Assembly (NCBI GenBank): GCA_002369025.1
Contig: DFDV01000173.1
Coordinates: 1 to 46,583 of the forward strand
Reading direction: 5' to 3'
DNA from: Treponema sp. UBA3819
GTDB taxonomy: Bacteria > Spirochaetota > Spirochaetia > Treponematales > Treponemataceae
DNA length: 46,583 nucleotides
Shown here: positions 1-9,181 of the stretch, one piece after another
How the letters are laid out: every line of letters starts with the position of its first letter
Position numbering within the stretch: position 1 is the first letter of the stretch
Position numbers and translations under genes: made by a program
The notes under the pieces: generated by a model
The model's database searches: none
The model's input: only the letters and a program-made list of their open reading frames with translations
Told to the model about the DNA's origin: nothing

Positions 1-29
1 ATATTATCAAATAATAAAAATTATGTCAA
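1..29 (-). promoter_or_regulatory. sigma70-type promoter for a gene beyond the left edge
   Basis: Minus strand reads TTGACA (29-24), 17-nt spacer, TAATAT (6-1), with TG in the extended -10 position. Confidence 0.55.
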
Positions 30-33
30 GTGC

Positions 34-438
34 TCAACGACCAAAATAATGCATAATGAAGAATAAAAGTCCGATAAGCACCAGACCGGTTAAAATGTAC
101 ATCCAGAAGGGAAGTGATTCATCTGTGCGCCTGTCTGAGTTAAAGACTGCGGCTTTTGCGAGTATGGCAGTTCTGAAATTTTTTTTTGTTTTTCTGGAAA
201 TTTTTCCTTCTTTCTGGTATGACCGGCTTGAATGACCAGAGCCTTGGAATGCATCTCCGTCTACCGTGTAGCCGCACTTAGGACAGCCATTGGCAAATTT
301 GTCTGGACTTCCTGTTGCACCGCAATTTGGACAGCGCACAGAGGAAAAAAAGCGACCGCATTTCTTACAGAAGCGGGCATTACGGGGAACTTCGGCCCCG
401 CAGCTTTCGCAGAAGAATTTAGCGTTTTGCGTACTCAT
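34..438 (-). CDS. double zinc-ribbon protein with C-terminal transmembrane helix
   Basis: Four CxxC pairs (CESC, CKKC, CPNC, CPKC) and a hydrophobic C-terminus. ATGA overlap with the upstream gene. Confidence 0.8.
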   Translation of the reverse strand: MSTQNAKFFCESCGAEVPRNARFCKKCGRFFSSVRCPNCGATGSPDKFANGCPKCGYTVDGDAFQGSGHSSRSYQKEGKISRKTKKNFRTAILAKAAVFNSDRRTDESLPFWMYILTGLVLIGLLFFIMHYFGR

Positions 439-2744
439 TCTTTATTTATGGAGATGAGGTAGTGGTCGCCTGCCGAGATGACAGTTGCGCTTGCTGCCTC
501 AATTCCGTCTTCCGTTTTTATGCTTACAAGGGGTATATGTGTGCCCTCAGTAAAATTCTTTGTGAATTCAGGGATGTCCGGGGTGAACTCCATTGTGCGC
601 TTGTTGTAGTTTCTTGCATCGCCGGAAATCAGAGCCCCTGACAGAGGATTGGTCATTACAACGGTACAGACTACGGAACGCTGAACATTCAGTTTTTCTA
701 CCATTGCCTGGAGTTTTCCCATGTCAGCAGAGAAGTCTGGAGCAGGCTCATCCGGATGGACTGTGTTCTGTGTCAGAATGTCCTGTACATTAGCATCGCG
801 TTCAGATGCAGACATACCTTCCGGTTCTGCGTAATCTTCATCGAATGCACCCTCAGGAGCTTCCGGTTCATCTGCATTTTCTTCTGCCAGCCAGGCCAGC
901 TGCTTGTCCATAAGCTGATTCTGACTCAAAATATCCTGCATTGAACTTGCAATTTCATTTGCTTCCTGTCCGGTTGGATCTGTGATGATGTCAAGCTCAT
1001 CGGTATCAGGATGTTCTTCCGGCTCATCTGCATTTTCTTCTGCCAGCCAGTCAAGTTTTGTGTCCATGTGCTGGTTCTGCTGCAGGATATCATCCATGGA
1101 AGCCTCTACCGATGTCTTTTCTGTATCGCTGTCTTCAGTAAGAGTGTCTGCATCATGTTCCAGTGTTTCACCGTCAACTACGCCGTTTTGAGTAAGAACC
1201 TGATTGCGTCTCTGAACTTCGTCTACTTCGCTCTGGGTTACCGTAACGGGATGGTCGGGATCCTGCTCAACATACTGGGCACTTTCCGCCACGCGCTGAA
1301 CTTTCTGCTTGACGGAGTTATGCATTTCTTTTTGTTTTTCCCTTTCGCCTTCAATTGCTTTTTGTGCATTCAGCAGTTCTTCAAGGGAAATCTGCATGGG
1401 TTTTTCGGTAACAGGCTCTGGCTCTGGAATCTGCGCTTCCTGAATTGAACTTTCGCCCTTATCTTCTTCAGCGGCATTTTCTCCGCTCAGCATTGCCAGT
1501 GATTCTGAAAGGGGAATGAAGTTTGCTCCGGGTTCTTCGTCCATAAAGGCAACGGAGTCGGCCAGAGATTCTTCACTTTCTTCTGAAGCGACACTTTCTT
1601 CGGATTTTGCGGAGGCTCCTGTGTCAGTTTCGCCTTCAGCATTTTCTCCGCCCAGCATTGCCAGTGATTCTGAAAGGGGAATGAAATTTGCTCCAGGCTC
1701 TTCGTCCATAAATGCCACGGAATCGGCAAGACTTTCTTCGTTTTCAGGCTCAAGGGGCTTTGCGTGTTCCAGAGCCTTGAGTTCATCAAGAGAAATGGCA
1801 ACGGGATTGTAATTTGCTTCTCCTGCCGGCTCTTCATCTGCAACCGTAACATCTTCTGATTCAAGGTCATCCCACAAATCCATGGGAGATTTTTCTGAAT
1901 CGCCGGCATCTTCACGTCTTCCCTTGATGTCACCAAAATCATAGGTTTTCTCTTCACCGGATTTTGCTTCTTCCTCTGTTTTGATGTCCGGAATTTCTGC
2001 AAAGCGGTTAAAAGACTGATTCTGCTTAAGGATATCGTCTACTGAAATGACTGAAGTTTCTTCTTTCTGTTCGGAAAATGCTTCTGAAATTGAATCTTCG
2101 TTCAATGGTGTAATCTCAGGTACTTCTTCAAGCCGGTCGTCTGATTCTTCCAGTTCTTCATCTGTTACGGAAGCGGCTTCAATAGGTGAGGAAGCACGGA
2201 CGACTTCGTTTTCAATCTGCAGACCGATTTTTTCAAGGCTTACACCGGGATGAGATACTTCTTCCGTTACGAATTCTTTCAGCATCTTTTCATCATGGGC
2301 ATGTGCTTCTGCAAAATCATCGGGAATTTCAATGGGCTTCAGTTCAGCAGGGGCATCGGTGAGGTCGCCTGAGAAAATATCATTTTTTTGTGAAAGAATG
2401 GTACGCAGTTCATCAAGTCCATCTACATCAACTGACTTAAAGTAGCCCCTTACATGCAGGGCCTGGGCTTTATCCTGATCTTCCTTGCTGAATTCTCCGC
2501 CTGTGTAGAGAATGACCTGGGGGGTGTAGGTACCCATGGGCACGGTAGCATACTGGGCAAGTGTTTTCCAGTGGCGGGGATATTCTTTTGTGCTTATGAC
2601 AATCAGGTGAGGAGAAATTTCTTCGATATTGTCCAATGCCTTTAAAAGAGCATGATATGTGATAATGTCATATCCTGCAGTTTTGAGGACTGTACTCACA
2701 TTGTCGATGACAAGACCGTTGTCTGCTACCAGTAATGCTTTCAT
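435..2744 (-). CDS. pseudo-receiver domain, long acidic repeat linker and C-terminal PilZ-like beta domain
   Basis: The N-terminus MKALLVAD...GYDIITY...SPHLIVIS has a REC-like pattern with Ser at the expected phospho-Asp site. About 550 aa of D/E-rich sequence follows. PilZ-likeness of the tail is a pattern-based guess. Confidence 0.65.
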   Translation of the reverse strand: MKALLVADNGLVIDNVSTVLKTAGYDIITYHALLKALDNIEEISPHLIVISTKEYPRHWKTLAQYATVPMGTYTPQVILYTGGEFSKEDQDKAQALHVRGYFKSVDVDGLDELRTILSQKNDIFSGDLTDAPAELKPIEIPDDFAEAHAHDEKMLKEFVTEEVSHPGVSLEKIGLQIENEVVRASSPIEAASVTDEELEESDDRLEEVPEITPLNEDSISEAFSEQKEETSVISVDDILKQNQSFNRFAEIPDIKTEEEAKSGEEKTYDFGDIKGRREDAGDSEKSPMDLWDDLESEDVTVADEEPAGEANYNPVAISLDELKALEHAKPLEPENEESLADSVAFMDEEPGANFIPLSESLAMLGGENAEGETDTGASAKSEESVASEESEESLADSVAFMDEEPGANFIPLSESLAMLSGENAAEEDKGESSIQEAQIPEPEPVTEKPMQISLEELLNAQKAIEGEREKQKEMHNSVKQKVQRVAESAQYVEQDPDHPVTVTQSEVDEVQRRNQVLTQNGVVDGETLEHDADTLTEDSDTEKTSVEASMDDILQQNQHMDTKLDWLAEENADEPEEHPDTDELDIITDPTGQEANEIASSMQDILSQNQLMDKQLAWLAEENADEPEAPEGAFDEDYAEPEGMSASERDANVQDILTQNTVHPDEPAPDFSADMGKLQAMVEKLNVQRSVVCTVVMTNPLSGALISGDARNYNKRTMEFTPDIPEFTKNFTEGTHIPLVSIKTEDGIEAASATVISAGDHYLISINKE
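861..1100. repeat. intragenic duplication with 156-bp offset
   Basis: ttccgg(t/c)tcatctgcattttcttctgccagcca at 861 and 1017, encoding MxDILxQNQxMDxxLxWLAEENADEPE twice. Confidence 0.85.
1474..1739. repeat. intragenic duplication, ~100-bp unit with 165-bp offset
   Basis: Copies start at 1474 and 1639, each encoding EESLADSVAFMDEEPGANFIPLSESLAML. Confidence 0.9.
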
Positions 2745-2789
2745 AATTTTTTTCCTACTTACCCAATTCCGATAGTATAAATCCGTAAC

Positions 2790-3767
2790 CTATTCAGTTC
2801 CCAGATTTGTGACATTGTAATCGTAAATCTGCCAGATACCGTCACGCTGCCTTACTTTGTAGACATAGCGTTTTCTTTCACGGTAGGTGGGATATTTGAA
2901 CCACTCCAGAACGGTAACCGTTCCGTCTATCTGTGAATACGATGTATTTTCGATGTAGAAACGTTCCGGCACGGCAACAACATCATGGTCAATTCTATTC
3001 TGCATCAGGTCTGACTTGTAGCTTTCCAGAAGACGTGCGCGTTCATCAGCACTGGCTGCCCGGTAGCGGCGTTCTGTGTCTGCATTGCGGAGCATCATCT
3101 GCTCAAGGTCCATGTAAAGGAAGTACTGATCCCACAAAGATTTCTGGCGGGCGATAATGGTTTCTTCCACCACTTTGTCAGGAGATTTTTCTTCCGGTTT
3201 CAGCAGGGATGCGCTTTTGCTTTCTACGGGCAGAACTGTAGAGGAAGCGGCAAGGGGAGCCGGACGGATGTCAAGGCTCAGACGGTTTGATGTAATGGAG
3301 GTCTGGCGGGATTTGTAAAGTTCCGGGTAGAAATTAAGTTCAAGATAATACATCGAAGGTTCATCAAAATTGATGTAATTCTTTGCATTTTCAATGAATG
3401 AGTATTCTTCACCGGCTTCCAGTGCGATTTCCCTGAAATATACGGTCTGATTTGTGGAGCGTTTGACCACCAGTTTTTCTGTTTTTGGCAACATGCTGTT
3501 TTTGATGGTGTATGCAGTAAAGTCCAGACTGAACATGCGGTCGTCTGCCAGCTTAAAGCGCAGTGTTTCTGTTCCCCGGTTTACCACGGAAATGTGAACG
3601 AAGATGGGATTGTCGTCTGCGCTGCCGGGATAATACATAGTGCGGTCGTAAAATTTAATTACGACTGCTGCCTGTGAAAAATCCTGTGAAGACGATGCAG
3701 TTTGTGCCGCTGCAGTATGTGCAAAAAGTGCGAAAATCGCTATAATGGCATAGTAAATACGTTTCAA
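2790..3767 (-). CDS. secreted or periplasmic hypothetical protein
   Basis: 325-aa ORF with a Sec signal peptide (MKRIYYAIIAIFALFAHTAAA), divergent from mfd. Confidence 0.8.
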   Translation of the reverse strand: MKRIYYAIIAIFALFAHTAAAQTASSSQDFSQAAVVIKFYDRTMYYPGSADDNPIFVHISVVNRGTETLRFKLADDRMFSLDFTAYTIKNSMLPKTEKLVVKRSTNQTVYFREIALEAGEEYSFIENAKNYINFDEPSMYYLELNFYPELYKSRQTSITSNRLSLDIRPAPLAASSTVLPVESKSASLLKPEEKSPDKVVEETIIARQKSLWDQYFLYMDLEQMMLRNADTERRYRAASADERARLLESYKSDLMQNRIDHDVVAVPERFYIENTSYSQIDGTVTVLEWFKYPTYRERKRYVYKVRQRDGIWQIYDYNVTNLGTE

Positions 3768-3840
3768 AACTATTTCTCCAGGGCGGAACCCTTGTATGAG
3801 GAACCGCTATATTTTTTATATTTTCGGTTAGAAGAAGTAC

Positions 3841-6800
3841 ATGAACTCATTGATATCAGAAACCTTGCAAAAATCACTTTCCCGATGGACGACCTTTCAG
3901 ACGAGTGCAAAATCAATTGCCACTGCTTCCGGTCCGCTCCGTGCGGAAATAGAGGGGCTGCAGGGTGCCGCAACAAGTTTCTTTATCTCGGCATGCATAG
4001 AGGCAGGCAGAGATGCGTGTATTTCTTCCTTACAGTATACCACAACTGGCAGATACTCGCAAGGACAGAATGCAGGAAAATGTTCGGCAAGTGCCCTGGA
4101 CAGTCTTATTGTCGTTCCCAATGAAAAAGATGCCGCAGAACTGCTTACTGACCTGCATACGGTTTTTGCAGACCGTGTTGAAACCTGCCTTTTGCCCTGG
4201 TGGGGTCTTGTTCCTTACCGGAGTGCGGCCATGGGGTCTGCAGTTTTTGGAAACAGAAGCGGCGTGCTTGCAAAACTTGCCCTCAGACGGCAGAGCCTTT
4301 CCCGTCAGACGAAACCCAGAATTTTCGTTGTTACTCAGAGAAGCCTTCAGTCTCCGCTTCCTGCTCCTGAATATATCCGCTCCCTTGTTTTCAGCGTCTA
4401 CAAGGGGGAGGAGATTGACCCTGCTGAACTTGCCGAAAAACTGACATCTTTAGGCTATATCCGGGTTCCAAAAACGACAGTGCATGGTGAATTTACCCTG
4501 CGTGGAGAAGTGCTTGATATTTTTACTCCCGGAGAAAGTCTTGCTACCCGTATTGTTTTTGATTTTGATGCAATCGAGCAGATTAAATCTTTTGACCCGG
4601 AAAGTCAGTCTACGGTAGCCCCTCTGGATAATCTTTTGATTTATCCCATGAAGGAAGTGATTTGGACTGATGAACTTGTAGAAAGACTGAAATCCTATCT
4701 TGCAAAACTGGAGAAGGGGGATGATGATACTCCGCCCCTGGTTCTGACTGATGCTGCGGCAAAAAACAAGGAAAAGCTTCTTGAAGAACTGCGTCTGAAT
4801 CATGAAAGTGAGGGAGAGGAACTTTATTATCCTGCCCTCTGGGAAAAACGGTATTCGGTTCTGGATTATATCTCTGATGAGACAAATGTGTTCTTTTGTG
4901 ATTATGATCGTCTTTCCAATGCCCAGGAAAGTTTTGACCGCGAGTACACAGGTATGTTCAGAAAGGCGCGTCAGGAAAGTCCTGTGCTTCCGCCGGCTGA
5001 CATGCACATTCCTTTTACTGATATTTCAGAAATACACTCAAGATGTATACTTTTTCGTACACTTCATACAGAAACAACAGAAAAACAGGCTGCGGCAGAG
5101 GGAAAACATTATGAAATTACCTGTGATGCGCCCCGGAGTTTCTTTGGAAACATCAATTACCTTAAGGAACAGATTTCAGCCCTGCAGGCAGACGAATGGA
5201 AAATCATCATCTATGCAGATAATGAAAATCAGAGCCTCAGAATAAAGGAAATCCTCAGGGACTTTATTGAAGATGATGTGGAGGGGGCTAAGAATGTCGC
5301 CGCAAAAGGAAAAGTCTTTTATCCTCTTACGGTCATTCCTCAGGCTATTTCCGCAGGTTTTGGCATTCCTCAGAGTAAAACCCTTTTTATTCAGGAAAAT
5401 GAAATTTTCGGGCGTAGAAAGCATGTGCCAAAGAGCCTGCAGAAGGGCGTAAAATCCGCCGTCATAGACACTTTTGTGGATCTGGCTCCCGGTGATTATG
5501 TCGTTCATGTAAATTACGGTATCGGTATTTTTAAGGGTATTCAGCGTGTAAAGGCAGGCGGAAATGAGCGTGACTACATCAAGCTTGAATATGCTGACGA
5601 GGAATTTGCCTTTGTGCCTATCGAACAGGTTAATCTTGTTCAGCGTTACATCGGTAATGAAGGAGAAGCGCCCCATATAGACCGCATTGGTTCAAAGGCA
5701 TGGGAAAACCGCAAGAACCGTGTTAAAAAGGCTGTAGAAGATCTGGCCCAGAAACTGATTGATTTGTACAGCCGCAGAAAGGCGAGCAGGGGCTTTCCCT
5801 TTCCTAAGGATACGGAATGGCAGACGGCTTTTGAGGCAGCTTTTCCCTATGAAGATACACCGGATCAGTACAATGTTACTCAGGAAGTAAAGTCTGACAT
5901 GGAAAAGCCCGTTCCCATGGACAGGCTTGTGTGCGGTGATGTCGGCTATGGAAAAACAGAGATTGCTATGCGCGCGGCCTTTAAGGCAGTTATGGGAGGA
6001 AAGCAGGTAGCCTTTCTGGCACCGACGACAATTCTTGCGGAACAGCATTACGAAAATTGTGTAGAACGTTTTGCAAACTTTCCGGTAAAAATTGCCCAGA
6101 TGAGCCGTTTTGTGTCTGCCGCTGAGCAGAAAAAAATCATAGCCCGCCTTGCACAGGGAGATGTGGATATTCTTGTGGGAACTCACCGCATTATCCAGAA
6201 GGATGTTGTCTTCCGGGACCTGGGCCTGATGATAATTGATGAGGAACAGCGTTTTGGCGTCAAGGACAAGGAAAAACTCAAAACCTTAAAAACAAATATC
6301 GACAGCCTTGCCATGAGTGCAACGCCAATTCCCCGAACCCTGCACATGAGTCTGCTGAAAATCCGTGACATGTCTCTCCTTACGACGCCTCCTCAGAACC
6401 GTCAGCCAATTGAAACGGTAATTGATGAATACAAGGAAGAGCGTGTGGCTGAGGCAATCCGCCGTGAAGTAGAGCGGGGCGGTCAGGTATTCTATCTTCA
6501 TAATCGTGTGGAAAGTCTTGATGAAGTAAGGCGGAAACTGGAACGCCTGCTGCCGGAAATGCTCATAGATGTTGCCCACGGCCAGATGACCAGTGACGAA
6601 CTGGATGATATTTTCCGCCGTTTTAAGATGGGTGGCTTTCATGTGCTTGTTGCGACGACAATTATCGAAAACGGCATAGATATTCCCAATGTAAATACAA
6701 TTATCATTGACCGCGCTGATATGTATGGCGTAAGTCAGCTCTATCAGCTCAGGGGGCGGGTTGGACGGAGTGACCGCAAGGCCTATGCTTATCTTCTTTA

Positions 6801-7479
6801 TCCTGAAAACAAAGTGCTTTCTGAAGTTGCGATGAAGAGACTTCAGGTAATTTCTGATTTTACGGAACTGGGAAGCGGCTTTAAAATCGCCATGAAGGAT
6901 ATGGAAATCCGCGGTGCAGGAAATCTTTTGGGTCGTGACCAGAGCGGCGATGTTTATTCCGTCGGTTTTGACCTGTATCTGCGTCTGCTCAATGAAGCTG
7001 TGGAGCGCCTTACCCAGGCTGAAAACTACAAGGAACAGAGCGAAGTTCTTATGGAACTGGAATACACAGGCTTTATCCCGGACACTTATGTGCAGAATCC
7101 CCAGACAAAAATGGAAATCTACAAGAAAGTTGCTTCCGTTCAGACAAAAGACGAACTGGAGAATATGTTCCTTGAGCTGGAGGATCGTTTTGGTCCGATT
7201 CCGGATGAAGTCTACAGTCTTTTGAGCCTTGCCGAAGTGCGCGTGATTGCAAAGAAACTCTATATCAGTACGCTGAAGGAGCGTCAGGGTGTCATTCAGA
7301 TTGAGTTCAGCAAGGTGAGCGACATTTCTGTGGATAAAGTGCTGCGTCTGATAAAGGAAAGCAATGGCCGTGTCCGTCTGGATCCCACAAAGGCCAATAT
7401 GCTTATGCTTTCAACGGGAAAAATCGGTCTGAAAGAAAAGAGTGAATTTATCCGTGAGCAGCTGGAAAAACTGGAATAG
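3841..7479 (+). CDS. mfd: transcription-repair coupling factor
   Basis: UvrB-like N-terminus (GEFTLRGEVLDIF), RID (GDYVVHVNYGIG), GDVGYGKT, DEEQRFG, SATPIPRT, QLRGRVGRS and DMEIRGAGNLLG. Confidence 0.98.
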   Translation: MNSLISETLQKSLSRWTTFQTSAKSIATASGPLRAEIEGLQGAATSFFISACIEAGRDACISSLQYTTTGRYSQGQNAGKCSASALDSLIVVPNEKDAAELLTDLHTVFADRVETCLLPWWGLVPYRSAAMGSAVFGNRSGVLAKLALRRQSLSRQTKPRIFVVTQRSLQSPLPAPEYIRSLVFSVYKGEEIDPAELAEKLTSLGYIRVPKTTVHGEFTLRGEVLDIFTPGESLATRIVFDFDAIEQIKSFDPESQSTVAPLDNLLIYPMKEVIWTDELVERLKSYLAKLEKGDDDTPPLVLTDAAAKNKEKLLEELRLNHESEGEELYYPALWEKRYSVLDYISDETNVFFCDYDRLSNAQESFDREYTGMFRKARQESPVLPPADMHIPFTDISEIHSRCILFRTLHTETTEKQAAAEGKHYEITCDAPRSFFGNINYLKEQISALQADEWKIIIYADNENQSLRIKEILRDFIEDDVEGAKNVAAKGKVFYPLTVIPQAISAGFGIPQSKTLFIQENEIFGRRKHVPKSLQKGVKSAVIDTFVDLAPGDYVVHVNYGIGIFKGIQRVKAGGNERDYIKLEYADEEFAFVPIEQVNLVQRYIGNEGEAPHIDRIGSKAWENRKNRVKKAVEDLAQKLIDLYSRRKASRGFPFPKDTEWQTAFEAAFPYEDTPDQYNVTQEVKSDMEKPVPMDRLVCGDVGYGKTEIAMRAAFKAVMGGKQVAFLAPTTILAEQHYENCVERFANFPVKIAQMSRFVSAAEQKKIIARLAQGDVDILVGTHRIIQKDVVFRDLGLMIIDEEQRFGVKDKEKLKTLKTNIDSLAMSATPIPRTLHMSLLKIRDMSLLTTPPQNRQPIETVIDEYKEERVAEAIRREVERGGQVFYLHNRVESLDEVRRKLERLLPEMLIDVAHGQMTSDELDDIFRRFKMGGFHVLVATTIIENGIDIPNVNTIIIDRADMYGVSQLYQLRGRVGRSDRKAYAYLLYPENKVLSEVAMKRLQVISDFTELGSGFKIAMKDMEIRGAGNLLGRDQSGDVYSVGFDLYLRLLNEAVERLTQAENYKEQSEVLMELEYTGFIPDTYVQNPQTKMEIYKKVASVQTKDELENMFLELEDRFGPIPDEVYSLLSLAEVRVIAKKLYISTLKERQGVIQIEFSKVSDISVDKVLRLIKESNGRVRLDPTKANMLMLSTGKIGLKEKSEFIREQLEKLE

Positions 7480-7696
7480 GGAAGTTAGCCGATAACGCCT
7501 TTCCGTGAGTTCTTTGATGACTGGAATTTCCGAATTTTAACAGGAAGAAAGGGTAGTTTTCCGCAGAAGTAATACCAGGTTCTGTAAATATCATATATAG
7601 TGGTAGACAGAACACACATTATGGGAAGAGTAATATACGGGGAAAATGTATGGGAATTGGCATGGGTTTGTTAAAACTTGATGTTTTTTGGAAGCA

Positions 7697-9061
7697 TCAT
7701 GTATCCGCATACAGAAGATATGGCTTCCGCTGCTTTTTGAATGCATTGAGGTCATCCTGCCAGTTTTGCTTGATTTCCTCGACCGATGCACCGGCTTCAA
7801 TTCCTTTGCGCAGGGAGTCTGAGCCACTGAGTAAATCAATCCAGTAGCGGCCGTTGGAAAGTCTTCCCCAGAAGTATGCTGAAAAGTCATCGGGATTTTT
7901 GTCAGAAAAGGCGGATTTTGCGTCTGCGTAGGCCTGTATGAGGTAGGACAGATTGCTTTCTTCTTTCCAGATTGTTTTTAGACTTTTGCTTCGTAAATCA
8001 GTGCCGTAGCAAGTTTGTCCCAAAAATGGCGGATTTTTTGCGCCGGGAATGCTTTGGGGAATGAAGGAAAAATCATTGTTGCCGATGTCCTTAAAATAGG
8101 GGCTTCCGAAGACTTCAAAGGGAAAGTCGGTGCCGCGGCCGACGGAAACGATTGTATTCTCAAAATAGCAGGTTGAGGCATACAGGTAGACGGCACGCAT
8201 GTCCTTGATGTTTGGTGACGGCGCGCGGATTAGGGCATAGCGGGTGGCATGACTGTAGTTTTTGCAGGGAATGACAGTGAGCGGGCAGGCGTTTTTTCCG
8301 GCAGTAAGCCAGCCTTCGCCGTTTATCATGCGGGCAAGTTCTCCCCAGGTTAAGCCATGGACGGTTGGAAGGGGGAGCCGCCCTACTCCTGATTTGAATC
8401 TCTCTTTTAGCATATCGCCGTCTACATAGAAACCGTTGGGATTTGGTCGGTCAAAAATCACCACGGTTTTTCCATTTGCCGCGCAGGCATCCATCAGATA
8501 GTACAGTGTGATGTAGTAGGTGTAATAGCGTAAGCCTACATCCTGCATGTCCACCACCAGCGTATCGAATTTTGCCATGTTTTCCGCGCTGGGGGCATGG
8601 GTAGAGGCATTTTCGTAGAGGGATAGGATGGGAACGCCGGTTTTTTCGTCTATGCTGCTTGCAATATGTGCGCCCGCATCGTCTGTGCCACGAAATCCGT
8701 GTTCCGGACAGAAAATTGCCGTTACATACACTCCTTGGGAAAGAAGATAATCTAGAATGTGTTCTCCGTAGCGGATGAGCCCTCCCCTTTCATCTCGACC
8801 AAAATGAATGAGTCTTCCTGCATCATCTTTGCCGTAGAGGTCGTTTCCGCCATAGTGTACAGAATCATCGGCCAGTATAATTTTGTCGCCTACAATGCCC
8901 GTATGGTTTGAAAAAAGCGCAATCCTTTTTCCCTCCAGGAGCGGCAAATAGGATTCGGTCTGCTCATCGCCTAGAATGACACGCTCCCCTGCCCTGTTTT
9001 TGCAGGAAAAGAATGCGATGAGAATAAGGAGTGTCAAGATGAATTTTACAGAGACCTTCAT
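7697..9061 (-). CDS. namZ: DUF1343/NamZ-family exo-beta-N-acetylmuramidase, lipoprotein
   Basis: Motifs NHTG, PEHGFRG, DMQDVGLRYYTY, DRPNPNG, HGLTWGELA, SVGRGT and C-terminal PYLLY. Lipobox FFSC. Confidence 0.85.
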   Translation of the reverse strand: MKVSVKFILTLLILIAFFSCKNRAGERVILGDEQTESYLPLLEGKRIALFSNHTGIVGDKIILADDSVHYGGNDLYGKDDAGRLIHFGRDERGGLIRYGEHILDYLLSQGVYVTAIFCPEHGFRGTDDAGAHIASSIDEKTGVPILSLYENASTHAPSAENMAKFDTLVVDMQDVGLRYYTYYITLYYLMDACAANGKTVVIFDRPNPNGFYVDGDMLKERFKSGVGRLPLPTVHGLTWGELARMINGEGWLTAGKNACPLTVIPCKNYSHATRYALIRAPSPNIKDMRAVYLYASTCYFENTIVSVGRGTDFPFEVFGSPYFKDIGNNDFSFIPQSIPGAKNPPFLGQTCYGTDLRSKSLKTIWKEESNLSYLIQAYADAKSAFSDKNPDDFSAYFWGRLSNGRYWIDLLSGSDSLRKGIEAGASVEEIKQNWQDDLNAFKKQRKPYLLYADT

Positions 9062-9181
9062 GGTTTTCTTCCTTCTTCTTTTTGCCTGCAGACTACAGCG
9101 ACAGGGATCGTAAAAAGGCGGTTTTTCTTTGAAAACAATATGTTTTTTGTCCCGGATTATTCAGTTTGTGCTGCTAGAAGT

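Noticed and set aside
861-1739. CRISPR-like or mobile repeats
   Set aside because: The repeats are two-copy, in-frame coding duplications and no cas genes are present.
7480-7696. Small ORF or sRNA between mfd and namZ
   Set aside because: Only short frames without a clear RBS or motif, and no convincing hairpin.
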